In this document: positions 48,093 through 57,350 of the stretch, one piece after another | Position numbering within the stretch: position 1 is the first letter of the stretch | Layout of the letters: the number at the start of each line of letters is the position of its first letter | NCBI GenBank assembly: GCA_044376115.1 | Contig: JBILLK010000021.1 | Location: forward strand, 1-64,000 | DNA from: Polyangiaceae bacterium | GTDB lineage: Bacteria > Myxococcota_A > Polyangia > Polyangiales > Polyangiaceae | Length of the DNA stretch: 64,000 bases | Direction of reading: 5' to 3' | Program-made: the position numbers and the translations under genes | Notes under the pieces: model-generated | Told to the model about the DNA's origin: nothing | What the model saw: the letters and a program-made list of their open reading frames with translations, nothing else | Database searches by the model: none

Positions 48093-49679
48093 CTACTTCT
48101 TGCCGCCGAAGGCCTGGCACTCGGCGACGCTGCCGCCTTTGCCTTGGCGTACGCAGTCGTTGAAGGCCTCTTTGGCCTCCTTCATCTGGCCCATGCTCAT
48201 GTAGGCCGAGCCGATGTAGAGGTGCATCAAAGCGTCGGTCGGGTCGCTGGCGATCACTTGCTTGGCGAGCTCGATCGTCAGCTTGTTATCCCCGCGATTG
48301 ATGGCCTGCGTGGCCTTCTTCTTGAGCTCTTTGATCTCGTCGGCGGAGAGCGTGCCGGAGGCCTTCTTTTCCTCTTCGGCCTTCTTCTCTTCTTCAGCCT
48401 TCTTGTCGGCGGCGGCTTTGTCCTCTTCGGCCTTTTTATCGGCGGCGGCCTTATCAGCGGCCGCTTTGTCGGTCGCTGCGCTGTCCGCGGCGGCCTTGTC
48501 TGCGGCGGCCTTGTCGTCGGCGGCCGTCTTCACGTCGGCCTCGCCGGCGGGCGCGGTAGCAGGCTTCTCAGCTTCGGTAGCGGCCGCAGGGATGGGCGTG
48601 TGCGCACCGGCGTTGCCACTCGAGAAGAGCGCGCGGCCAATGCCGAAGAGTGCGATCAGGGCCGCGCCAGCAACCACACCGCCGACGATCTTTCGGGCGG
48701 TCTGCTTGCGCGCGATGATCTCCTTCGACATCGGCGGGGGCTTGTGGCCGTCGTGGTCGTCGTGATCATCGTCATGCTCGGCGTGAACCGGCGGCGGCTC
48801 AGCCGAAAAGAAGTCGAGCCCGGAGAACTCTTCGTCGTTGGCGAGCATGGCGCGGTAGTGACCGCTCTCATTGAGCGACTTGTGGCGCGCGGACTCCGAG
48901 AGCGACTTGTGCTTGCCCGTCTCCCCGAGCGATTTGTGTTTGCCCGATTCACTGAGCGACTCTTCGGCCGATTTGCTCGGCTGCTTGTCGGAGATCTTTA
49001 CCGCCTCGGCGGGCTTGGCTTCTGCCTTGGCTTCTGCCTTGGCGGCGACCGCAGGCGCAGCAGCCGCGGGCGCAGGCGCAGAGGCGCGAGCCGGCTCGGG
49101 CATCGAGTTGCGGTTCTTCTTCTTTTTCTTTTTGCCGCCACCTTGGTTCGGCGGGTTCACCGACGCAGCCACCACCGGCGCCGAAATCGCAGCAACCACG
49201 GCGGGCGGTGCTGCGCTCTCCTCCACCTCGGGCGGTGCTGCGCTCTCAGCGACCTCGGCGGGGGCCGGCGTCTCGGTTGCGGCAGCCTCGACGGGCGCCG
49301 GAGTCTCGGTTGCGGCGGCCTCGACGACGGGCGGAGCAGCGCTCTCTTCCGGCGCGCTCTCTTCGGGCGTGGTTGCAGCCTCTGCTACCACCGGCGGGGC
49401 GGCCGATTCTTCCTCCTCCACCGGGGGCGGCGCTGCCGACTCTTCAGCTTCGGAGGCGGCTACGCTCTTGGGCGTGCCGTCCCGCAGCGAGCGCGGCGCA
49501 ACCTCAGCGACGGTGACCCGATCATGGGCCGAAAGCTCCTCTGATTCGGCGGCCTCCGACGGCGCTTGGCTTTCCTCAACCTCCGGCGGTGCGGCGGAGG
49601 CGGACTTTGCCCGCTCGGATCGCGGTCGCAAAAGGCGACCTTTGCTTGAAGGCCTGACGGAGCGGAACCGAGTGGACAT
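48093..49679 (-). CDS. Low-complexity single-TM protein with C-terminal TPR
   Basis: ESAAPP, AATETPAP and HKSL.E.G repeats, TM IVGGVVAGAALIALFGIG, TPR-like end; GGAGG RBS. Confidence 0.8.
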   Translation of the reverse strand: MSTRFRSVRPSSKGRLLRPRSERAKSASAAPPEVEESQAPSEAAESEELSAHDRVTVAEVAPRSLRDGTPKSVAASEAEESAAPPPVEEEESAAPPVVAEAATTPEESAPEESAAPPVVEAAATETPAPVEAAATETPAPAEVAESAAPPEVEESAAPPAVVAAISAPVVAASVNPPNQGGGKKKKKKNRNSMPEPARASAPAPAAAAPAVAAKAEAKAEAKPAEAVKISDKQPSKSAEESLSESGKHKSLGETGKHKSLSESARHKSLNESGHYRAMLANDEEFSGLDFFSAEPPPVHAEHDDDHDDHDGHKPPPMSKEIIARKQTARKIVGGVVAGAALIALFGIGRALFSSGNAGAHTPIPAAATEAEKPATAPAGEADVKTAADDKAAADKAAADSAATDKAAADKAAADKKAEEDKAAADKKAEEEKKAEEEKKASGTLSADEIKELKKKATQAINRGDNKLTIELAKQVIASDPTDALMHLYIGSAYMSMGQMKEAKEAFNDCVRQGKGGSVAECQAFGGKK

Positions 49680-49830
49680 GACGAGAAGACCTCCGTTATC
49701 GGACTGACGCGCATTGAGCGACGCGCCTACCGACATTCACTTTTTGTGCCGCAGAGAAGCTAGCGCGAACGACCGAAAAGCTAGCGGACATCAGAACAGG
49801 CTAGGCGAGACCTGGCCACATCATTTTTCA

Positions 49831-49996
49831 GCCGGAGGTCGGCCGAAGCCCCGGGCGATCGAGTCATCTCCGCATTCGCTCGATTTGATCGGTTGGATTC
49901 AAGCCCAAGCCAGGAATTGCCCGGAAGGGTGAGCCAGGCTGTGCCGGAACAGGACGAAACCATGCCGATGGTGTCCGCCGTACACGGGGGCACCAC
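49831..49996 (+). ncRNA. Candidate structured RNA (unclassified)
   Basis: Several nested stems in an intergenic gap, e.g. TTGCCC-GGAA-GGGTGA, GGAC-gaa-ACCAT-gccg-ATGGT-GTCC, ATCGAG..CTCGAT; no Rfam family recognised. Confidence 0.35.
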
Positions 49997-50015
49997 ACGG
50001 TGAGCGCTGTCCACC

Positions 50016-50771
50016 TCAGCTCGAGGTCCGCTTCAACAGCGAACGCCAGGGCGTGCCGATGGCGCACAGCAATGGGACGATCAAAGCGCTTTGGAGGGTC
50101 ACCATCGTTAGCAGCATCAAGAGCAGGTAGGCCTTCCCTTGGGGCGGCGTTTGCTCCATGGTTTCGGCGATCTCTTTGGGGCCACCGAGTTTGACGTCGG
50201 GCGACGAGGCGAGCAGCCCACGCAGCGCTCGGAGCTGTGCGCTCACGAATGAGGCGCCGTGGGAAACGGCCTCGCTAAAGTTCGCGTTGCGGGTGGCGGC
50301 GCGAACGCCGAGCAGGCCGTTGCGATGCTTGATCTCGACGGTGCGGCGGACGCCGTCGCGCTCCACCTCGACCGCGAGGGAGGCTTGCTTCGCAGCGCCG
50401 CGTGCGACCTCGACGCGCAGCTCTTCAAAGGTTGTGATCGGCGTTCCTTCGATCGCGACCACGCGGTCTCCGGGCAGCAAACCTGCAGCTGCAGCCGCAC
50501 CGTCAGGGGTTGGGTTCACCAGGTTCTCGGTGGTCGCGACGGGCGTTGAGAAGCCCAAGAGCAGGAGCAAGGCGGACACGAGCAGCGCGTCGAGCAGCAG
50601 CGGAACGGCGAAAGTCCCGAGGCGACGTTGCCAGCTGAGGTTGCGCCACGTGGCGCCGTCGATGCGGAGCTGCTTGAGCGGTACGCCCGCGCCTCGCAGC
50701 ACGAAGTGGCGTCCAAACAGCGTCGCCGCCAGATGAGGCAGCAACGCCAAGAGAAGCAATAGTTGACTCAT
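50016..50771 (-). CDS. PDZ-containing membrane protein, RseP-like but lacking protease motifs
   Basis: PDGAAAAAGLLPGDRVVAIEG PDZ, LGGPKEIA after the PDZ; no HExxH or NLLP..LDG. Confidence 0.7.
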   Translation of the reverse strand: MSQLLLLLALLPHLAATLFGRHFVLRGAGVPLKQLRIDGATWRNLSWQRRLGTFAVPLLLDALLVSALLLLLGFSTPVATTENLVNPTPDGAAAAAGLLPGDRVVAIEGTPITTFEELRVEVARGAAKQASLAVEVERDGVRRTVEIKHRNGLLGVRAATRNANFSEAVSHGASFVSAQLRALRGLLASSPDVKLGGPKEIAETMEQTPPQGKAYLLLMLLTMVTLQSALIVPLLCAIGTPWRSLLKRTSS

Positions 50772-50811
50772 CGAACCGACCTCGTCGCAGAAATAGAACG
50801 TTTCACCGGAC

Positions 50812-51399
50812 TCAATGCAGGATTGGCTGCGCAGGTTCGGCGCTTTCGTTGAAGTAGCCGCGCAAGTACGCGTAGGCGGCCCCTGTTCGGGCGTGGGCCT
50901 CGGCGTGTTTACGCCAATCGGACATGGGCTCGCGCGAGCGAGGCAGGCCCCATGCGCCGAAGATGACGAACAGTCTGCACAAGGTCGCTTCGACATCGAC
51001 GAGCGCTCGAAAACATTGATCGAGCGAGGGCGGCCGGCGGGCGAGGAACAGCGCGACAGCGCTCTCGATCGTTTTGGCGTGGTTCGGGTCGACGGCGCGG
51101 ACCAGCTGCAGCGATTGCAGTAGCTCGGCGGCGAGGGCTCGGCCGTCGTCCGGGAGCAACATCCGCGCGCCGGCGGCGAGCGAGCGCGAGAACTTCTTGT
51201 TCGCACCGCTGCGCTCGAGCAGCAGCCGGAGCGCGCTGTCCAACGTGGTGGGGCTCGTGCGCACGAGCTCCATCACCTCGGCCGAGGCCTCATGCTGCAA
51301 GGCGTTGACCGTGGTTTGGATGTCGTTCCAGGTAATCGGCCCGTGGCCTACGTCCAAGATGCTCCAGTACAGCTCAGCGATCATGCGTTGACGTTCCAT
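50812..51399 (-). CDS. Hypothetical helical protein
   Basis: 195-aa ORF with GAGGG RBS-like sequence; no motif recognised. Confidence 0.55.
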   Translation of the reverse strand: MERQRMIAELYWSILDVGHGPITWNDIQTTVNALQHEASAEVMELVRTSPTTLDSALRLLLERSGANKKFSRSLAAGARMLLPDDGRALAAELLQSLQLVRAVDPNHAKTIESAVALFLARRPPSLDQCFRALVDVEATLCRLFVIFGAWGLPRSREPMSDWRKHAEAHARTGAAYAYLRGYFNESAEPAQPILH

Positions 51400-51498
51400 G
51401 AATAGCTATTCCCTCAGCCCCGCTGCAGCGCTCACAAATCGACATCGATCAATCGCTTTGCGGCCGCGCGCGGCACTTCTCCAGCCTTTACGGCCTGA

Positions 51499-53406
51499 AT
51501 GAAGCGCTCCATGCTGCGCGCGATGAACGGCTTTCGGCCTTGGTTGAGCGGCTTGTTGATGCTGGCGGTTAGCGGTCTGATTGCGGCCTGTCAGGAGGAG
51601 TTGGTTGCTCCGGTGGGCGGTTCGCTCGAGGACCGGCTAGCGGCGCTGGGAGCCACGCCCTGCCCGGAGGACGAGAGCTTCAGCTGCGCCTTCGTTGAAG
51701 TGCCGCTCAATCACGGAGAGCCCGACGGCACGACGCTCTCGCTGGCGATCGCCGTGCGGCCGGCCGATGGGCCTTCGGAGGGCGTGCTGGTGCTGATCGA
51801 TGGTGGGCCGGGTTACGCCGGGATCGACGGCACCGACGACCTGAGCGAGCTTTCGCCCGAGTTCGCTGCGCGCTTCGATCTTTTGTACTTCGATCTGCGC
51901 GGGGTGAGTCGTTCGGCGGGCATCGATTGTGTGGCGGCCTCCAACGCTTTTTACGCTGAGGGCTTTCGTGTGACCACGCCGGCGGAACGCGCCGAGGCCG
52001 CAAAGCGCGGGCGCGACTTCAGCGCCGATTGCCCCGGCGAGACCGGCTGGTCGCTTTCAGAGCTCGCGCTGCTCAATACGGCGCAAGCAGCGGAAGACCT
52101 CGAGGCTGTGCGCGTGGCCTTGGGCGCACCGCCGATCACCGTGTACGGCCTCTCCTACGGCACCCAGCTCGCACAGACCTACGTCAGCGCGCATCCGCAG
52201 GCGGTGCGCGCTGTCGCGCTCGACGGTGCTCTCGATCTGACGCGGCCGATGCTCGACTACGACCTCGGCGTGGTGCAGGCCGTGAACGACAACCTCGCGC
52301 GCGTGTTCGCCTGGTGTGCCAAGGATGCGGCTTGTAGCCAGGACCTCCCCGACGCTGGCGCTGCCTACGACAAGCTGCGCAACCAACTTGCGCAAGGGCC
52401 GGTGAGCATCGCCTTCCCCTTGCCCGACGGCAGCTCGCGAGAGCGCGCGTTCAAGAGCGTAAACCTCGATCATTTTTCGAGCGTGGCGATGGACGATGAG
52501 CTCGGTCGGGCGGCCTTCTTGCGCGCGCTCGCGTCCGCCGCCCAAGGACAATGGGTACCGCTGCGACAGCTCGTCGATTGGTACGAAGGGATCGACCCGG
52601 CGACCGATCAAGTCGCCGACGACGGCTTCAGCGACGCGATCTATTACACCTTCACCTGCAACGACTACGGCCTAATCGACGAGCAAAGCTATCTCGATCA
52701 ATGCGCCGAAAAGACCGAGGGCCAACGTTCGACCGACGGCTGTTACGGTGATCTGCCGTGCGCCAGCTGGCCCACCGCCGCCAAGCAGGTGCCGCGGCCA
52801 GCGCCGTTTGCACCCGAGGGCATCCCGGTGCTCGTCATCAACGCCGACGCCGACGTAGCGACGCCGGTGGAGCAAGGCCGCAGCCTGGTGAGCGGCCTCA
52901 AGGCGCGCGGCTTCGACGCGTTCGAGCTCGCGGTGGCCGGCGGTCATCACGTGATGTGGGGCAGCGACGAATGCGTCAATGTCGCGGTCAGCGACTACTT
53001 GCTGGACCCCGCGAGCCTCAGCGCCGACGTCGCCTGCGACCCGGGCCTCGTCGCCGAGTATCTGCCGCTGACCTCGAGCGATCCGGCCGACTATGCGGTA
53101 GCCGACGACTTCGTCGGCGCGCTCGTGCTCGATCTTTACGCCCTGCCTGATTTCCCGTTCGAAGGAGTTTGGAGCTGCAACCAGGGAGGCGGGGTGATCG
53201 CTGAGTTCGACGGGACGCTCGCGCTCGAGCGTTGCAGCTTCGTCGATCAAGTGTTCGTCGACGGCACGGGTAGCTACGACGCCGAGTTGGACCAACTCGA
53301 GCTGGTGCTGACGGTGAGCGGCGCCCACAACGGCGAGCTCGTTTACCTGCGTGGGCCGGAGCAAGAAACGCTTTCCGGGACCTGGGACGGCGTGCCGCTG
53401 CGCTGA
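51499..53406 (+). CDS. Alpha/beta hydrolase lipoprotein (TAP-like peptidase)
   Basis: IAAC lipobox, GGPG oxyanion, FDLRGV, YGLSYGT nucleophile, DVATP, GGHH. Confidence 0.92.
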   Translation: MKRSMLRAMNGFRPWLSGLLMLAVSGLIAACQEELVAPVGGSLEDRLAALGATPCPEDESFSCAFVEVPLNHGEPDGTTLSLAIAVRPADGPSEGVLVLIDGGPGYAGIDGTDDLSELSPEFAARFDLLYFDLRGVSRSAGIDCVAASNAFYAEGFRVTTPAERAEAAKRGRDFSADCPGETGWSLSELALLNTAQAAEDLEAVRVALGAPPITVYGLSYGTQLAQTYVSAHPQAVRAVALDGALDLTRPMLDYDLGVVQAVNDNLARVFAWCAKDAACSQDLPDAGAAYDKLRNQLAQGPVSIAFPLPDGSSRERAFKSVNLDHFSSVAMDDELGRAAFLRALASAAQGQWVPLRQLVDWYEGIDPATDQVADDGFSDAIYYTFTCNDYGLIDEQSYLDQCAEKTEGQRSTDGCYGDLPCASWPTAAKQVPRPAPFAPEGIPVLVINADADVATPVEQGRSLVSGLKARGFDAFELAVAGGHHVMWGSDECVNVAVSDYLLDPASLSADVACDPGLVAEYLPLTSSDPADYAVADDFVGALVLDLYALPDFPFEGVWSCNQGGGVIAEFDGTLALERCSFVDQVFVDGTGSYDAELDQLELVLTVSGAHNGELVYLRGPEQETLSGTWDGVPLR

Positions 53407-53496
53407 GCGCAGTTGTCGCTCCCAGCCGCTGGCGAATGGTCTAGCCTGCTGCGCCAAGCCGCGCTCTCGCGGCACAGCTCCGTGGAGGATCTTCTC

Positions 53497-54744
53497 ATGA
53501 ACGCGTCGAACGAAAGCCTTCGAGTAAACGGTAAGCGGCTCTGGGATTCGTTGATGGAGCTCGCTCAGATCGGCGGCACCCAGAAGGGCGGCGTGTGCAG
53601 GCTGGCCCTCACCGATCTCGACAAGCAAGGCCGTGACCTGGTGGTGGGCTGGGCCAAAGAGGCCGGCATGACCATCACCACCGACAAGATCGGCAACGTG
53701 TTCATGCGCCGCAAAGGCAAGAACGATGCGCTCCCGCCGATCATGTGCGGCAGTCATATCGATACGCAGCCCACCGGCGGTAAGTTCGACGGCAATTACG
53801 GTGTGCTCGCCGGCCTGGAGGTCGTGCGTACGCTCAATGACCACAAGATCGAGACCGACGCTCCGCTCGAGGTCGCCTTTTGGACCAACGAAGAGGGCTC
53901 GCGCTTCGTGCCGGTGATGATGGGCTCCGGCGTATTTGCCGGCGCCTTCAGCCTGGAGACGGCCTACGCGGCGAAGGACGTCGCCGGCAAGACGGTCAAA
54001 GATGAGCTCGATCGCATCGGCTACATCGGAGACGAGGAGCCCGGCAAACACCCGATGGGCGCTTACTTCGAGGCCCATATCGAGCAAGGGCCTGTGCTGG
54101 AAGACGCTGGCATCACCATCGGCGTTGTCACCGGCGTGCTCGGGCTACGTTGGTATGACTGCGTGGTGACCGGGATGGAGGCACACGCGGGCCCCACGCC
54201 GATGGCGCTACGCAAAGACGCTCTGCAGATCGCCACCAAGATCATGCAAGAGACGGTGGCCATCGCGCTGCGTTATCCGCCCTACGGCCGCGGCACTGTC
54301 GGCATGGTGCAGGTCTTCCCGAACAGCCGCAACGTGATCCCCGGCCAGGTGAAGTTCTCGATCGATCTGCGCAACGTTGACAGCGAGCGGCTCGACGCGA
54401 TGGACGCCGAGATCCGCAGCTTCATCGAGCGGACGTCGAAGGAGTCGGGCCTTCCGATCAGCATCGAGCAGGTCTCCTACTTTCCGCCCTGCCCGTTCGA
54501 GCAAGGCTGCGTCGAGGCGGTGGGCAAAGGCGCTAAGACGCTCGGTTACTCGTCGATGGATACGGTCAGCGGCGCCGGCCACGACGCTGTGTACATGGCG
54601 CGGCTCGCTCCGGCCGGGATGATCTTCGTGCCGTGCAAAGATGGGATCAGCCACAACGAGATCGAGGACGCCAAGCCCGAGCACCTCGAGGCGGGCTGCA
54701 ACGTGCTTTTGCACGCGATGTTGGACCGCGCGACAGCGCGCTGA
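53497..54744 (+). CDS. Zn-dependent amidohydrolase (beta-ureidopropionase / N-carbamoyl-L-amino-acid hydrolase, M20)
   Basis: GSHIDTQPTGGKFDGNYGV, WTNEEGSRF, EAHIEQGP, HAGPTPM, SGAGHDA, GISHNE. Confidence 0.96.
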   Translation: MNASNESLRVNGKRLWDSLMELAQIGGTQKGGVCRLALTDLDKQGRDLVVGWAKEAGMTITTDKIGNVFMRRKGKNDALPPIMCGSHIDTQPTGGKFDGNYGVLAGLEVVRTLNDHKIETDAPLEVAFWTNEEGSRFVPVMMGSGVFAGAFSLETAYAAKDVAGKTVKDELDRIGYIGDEEPGKHPMGAYFEAHIEQGPVLEDAGITIGVVTGVLGLRWYDCVVTGMEAHAGPTPMALRKDALQIATKIMQETVAIALRYPPYGRGTVGMVQVFPNSRNVIPGQVKFSIDLRNVDSERLDAMDAEIRSFIERTSKESGLPISIEQVSYFPPCPFEQGCVEAVGKGAKTLGYSSMDTVSGAGHDAVYMARLAPAGMIFVPCKDGISHNEIEDAKPEHLEAGCNVLLHAMLDRATAR

Positions 54745-54788
54745 GCACGGTGTCGTCGGGGGAGCGCGCTCTCAGTCGGTGGAGCGCG

Positions 54789-55415
54789 CTACGGGGCGAA
54801 GTACTGCACCCCGACGAACTGCCTCTTTGCGTCGAAGCGCAACGTGGTGACCGAGCCGACGTCACACGGTGCGCGCGCAAACAGCCAAGCGGCGATATTC
54901 GAGACGGCGCCCGTGAGAAAATCCGGGCGCTCGAACGATACGCGGGTGTGCCAGACCGGGGATTGATGCGTGATCAGCGCAACGGCGTCCCCGGGGTTTT
55001 CACAACGCGCGAGCGCCGCTTGCACCACCTCACGCAGCCGCTTGACCAGATCGATCGGACGTTCGCTGAGCGCGCGCGAGTCTTTGTCGAAGTATTGGCG
55101 TGCGTAGGTAACCGGCGACAAGCGGCGCGGTAGGCCGTCGCGCCAGGAGCCGACCTCGATCAAGCGGGCGTCCACCTCCACCGGGACCTCCAAGCGATCG
55201 GCGATGATCGCCGCGGTTTGCCGCGTGCGGTCGAGCGGGCTGCACCAAAGGCCGAGGATGTTGCCGCCGGTTTGGCGCAGATACTCACCGGTGGTCTCGG
55301 CTTGGTTGATGCCCAGTTCACTCAACTGAAAGCCGGGCAAACGGCCGTAGGAGATGAGCCGAGGATTGTCGACCTCACCGTGACGCACGAGGTGGATGAG
55401 TCGTTCACCCGACAT
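54789..55415 (-). CDS. Histidine phosphatase family protein
   Basis: LVRHGE, CSPLDRTRQTA, RLIE, LITHQ. Confidence 0.92.
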   Translation of the reverse strand: MSGERLIHLVRHGEVDNPRLISYGRLPGFQLSELGINQAETTGEYLRQTGGNILGLWCSPLDRTRQTAAIIADRLEVPVEVDARLIEVGSWRDGLPRRLSPVTYARQYFDKDSRALSERPIDLVKRLREVVQAALARCENPGDAVALITHQSPVWHTRVSFERPDFLTGAVSNIAAWLFARAPCDVGSVTTLRFDAKRQFVGVQYFAP

Positions 55416-55513
55416 TGGCACAAGCATCGGCCATCAGGGCTTCGGAAGCCAGGTGTAAGGTCGAGCCTTTTCGCGCGTTTTCCCAGCGACCATTCAAGGT
55501 TGAGGAGGCTCTC

Positions 55514-56287
55514 ATGTCTTGGCGCACAGCGCTCGGTGTTCTTGCTTTTGGAAGCGTCGCTGGATTGATGACTACGGGCTGCCCCAGTACGCAGGAAGGA
55601 GGCTGTCCGCCGGGGATGTTCTGGGACGCCAACTACAATCAGTGCGTTCAACAGACCGGTGGCGGTGGTTGCCCGCCGGGCACGATGTGGAACGGGCAAA
55701 CCTGTGCGGCCTCGCAGCCAGTGGGCTGCCCGGCTGGGCAAACGTGGAACGGCTCGGCCTGCGTTGCAGGCGGCGCGCAGTGCCCGCCCGGGACCACGCT
55801 GCAAAACAACATGTGCATGCCTTCCTTTGGAGGCGGCGGTGGCGTCGGGGGCGGAGGCTTCGGGGGTGGCGGTTGTCCGCCGGCCGCGCCGCTCGATCCG
55901 TCGATGGCGGGCGCCGCTACACAAGGGCTCGGCTTGCTTGCGCAACAGCAGGCGCCGGGCATGACGCCGGTGCAAGGAGCCGGCGTTGCAGGCAATTTCC
56001 AGCCGGGTCAATGCCTCGAGGTGCAGGTCACGCTGAACCCGGGCAAGTGCTACACCGCGGTGGGACAAGGCGCCGGCGTGAGCGAGGTCGAGCTGCAATT
56101 GGCGGCCAATCTCCCGGGTCCGCTGGCGCAACCGTTCGCCACCGACAACACCAGCGGGCCGACGGCGGTGCTCGGCGGGCAGCCCAACTGCTTCCGCGCG
56201 CCGGGCATCTTCCCGGTCCCGGCGAAGTTCGTCCTGCGCGCAGGAGCAGGCCAAGGAGCCGCAGCCGCGCAGCTCTACGAAAAGTAG
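55514..56287 (+). CDS. Cys-rich repeat lipoprotein
   Basis: TTGC lipobox; four CP(P/A)G-x2-(W/L)-x4-6-C repeats; Gly linker; C-terminal beta domain LNPGKCYTAVG. Confidence 0.8.
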   Translation: MSWRTALGVLAFGSVAGLMTTGCPSTQEGGCPPGMFWDANYNQCVQQTGGGGCPPGTMWNGQTCAASQPVGCPAGQTWNGSACVAGGAQCPPGTTLQNNMCMPSFGGGGGVGGGGFGGGGCPPAAPLDPSMAGAATQGLGLLAQQQAPGMTPVQGAGVAGNFQPGQCLEVQVTLNPGKCYTAVGQGAGVSEVELQLAANLPGPLAQPFATDNTSGPTAVLGGQPNCFRAPGIFPVPAKFVLRAGAGQGAAAAQLYEK

Positions 56288-56341
56288 GCGGTCAACATTC
56301 CGCCGAAGGCGGATGCAGCAAACAAAGTGACTCGGTCCGAG

Positions 56342-57289
56342 TCACTTGGCGCGCCGCTTGGAGCTGGTTCGGCCTTTGGTCGGGGCAGCGCTGGGTGGCG
56401 CTTTTTTTGTGGGGGCGGGCGGGGCTGCAACACCGGACTTTTTAGCGCGCAAATAGGCGAGCGCCGCGTCGATGTGGGCGTCTCCGACGACGTGACCCAC
56501 TTTGCGCGCCTCCGCCTTGTGCGGCCACTTCACCTTCACCAGCGCTTTGACCAGCTCTTTGGCCTTGTCCCGCGTGGTGCCGTCCTTCGACGCGACCCCG
56601 ACGAAGATCGGCCGGGCATTGGCCGGCGGCTTCTTCAGGTTGCCCAGCGCCGACTTCGACCCGCCGGCGAACAGCGCGTAACCGTCCACCTCGAGCTTGT
56701 TGCGCAGCGCGAGCGAAGCCGAAAAATACGCCCCGTTCGAGAAGCCCATCACGAACACCTCGTCGAAGGCGCCGGACTTGGCCTCCACCAACTTGCGCGC
56801 CTCCGCCCACTCGGCGAGCACCGCCTCTTCGTGAGCTTCACGCACGTCGGGCCCCAGCGGCCAAGCGATCACCGAGGGCTTACGGTCCGGCCCGACGCCG
56901 TTGCGACCGCGCGGAAACAAGAGCGAGAAGCCGTGCTTCTTGGCGTACAGGATCATCCCCTGTTGCATCGTGTGCTCCCAGCCCTGCCCTTCCTCGATCA
57001 GCCCGTGCAGGAAGATCACCAGCGTGCGTTTTCCGCTGGGAGAAACGGCCTTTTCGGGAGCGAAGAAGCAAACGCCGTTCGCGAGCTTCTCGGTCTGCGC
57101 GGAGCAGAAGTCGTAGTTGGCCGCAGCGGGCGCGGGCGCGGTAACGGAGGGCGAAGGAGCGGCGGGCTCGGCCGCTGCGGCCGACGTTGCGGCGGAGGGC
57201 GTCACGGCAGCGGGCGTCAGGGCGGGCTCCGCGACCAGCTGCAAAGCCGGTAGCCCGAGCGCAAACGCAAGAATCAGCCAACGACGCAC
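56342..57289 (-). CDS. Secreted alpha/beta-fold esterase-like protein
   Basis: Signal-like N-terminus, LVIFLHG, VMGFSNGAY nucleophile elbow, D/H candidates; the longer ORF start runs through the repeat region. Confidence 0.75.
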   Translation of the reverse strand: MRRWLILAFALGLPALQLVAEPALTPAAVTPSAATSAAAAEPAAPSPSVTAPAPAAANYDFCSAQTEKLANGVCFFAPEKAVSPSGKRTLVIFLHGLIEEGQGWEHTMQQGMILYAKKHGFSLLFPRGRNGVGPDRKPSVIAWPLGPDVREAHEEAVLAEWAEARKLVEAKSGAFDEVFVMGFSNGAYFSASLALRNKLEVDGYALFAGGSKSALGNLKKPPANARPIFVGVASKDGTTRDKAKELVKALVKVKWPHKAEARKVGHVVGDAHIDAALAYLRAKKSGVAAPPAPTKKAPPSAAPTKGRTSSKRRAK

Positions 57290-57350
57290 CCAGCGTTCAT
57301 AGGCCGCGCAGCGCATGGCGTCCACCTTCCGGGACGAAGTCGGCCGCGGC

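Noticed and set aside
49941..49980. Hammerhead-like GGACGAAAC and SRP-like CCCGGAAGGG
   Set aside because: There is no CUGANGA core or NUH cleavage site, and the SRP CAGG/AGCA internal loop is absent
50772..51206. N-terminal extension of the 396-aa ORF 50016-51206
   Set aside because: It overlaps the 50812-51399 gene in another frame and has non-protein-like composition; the real start is likely 50771
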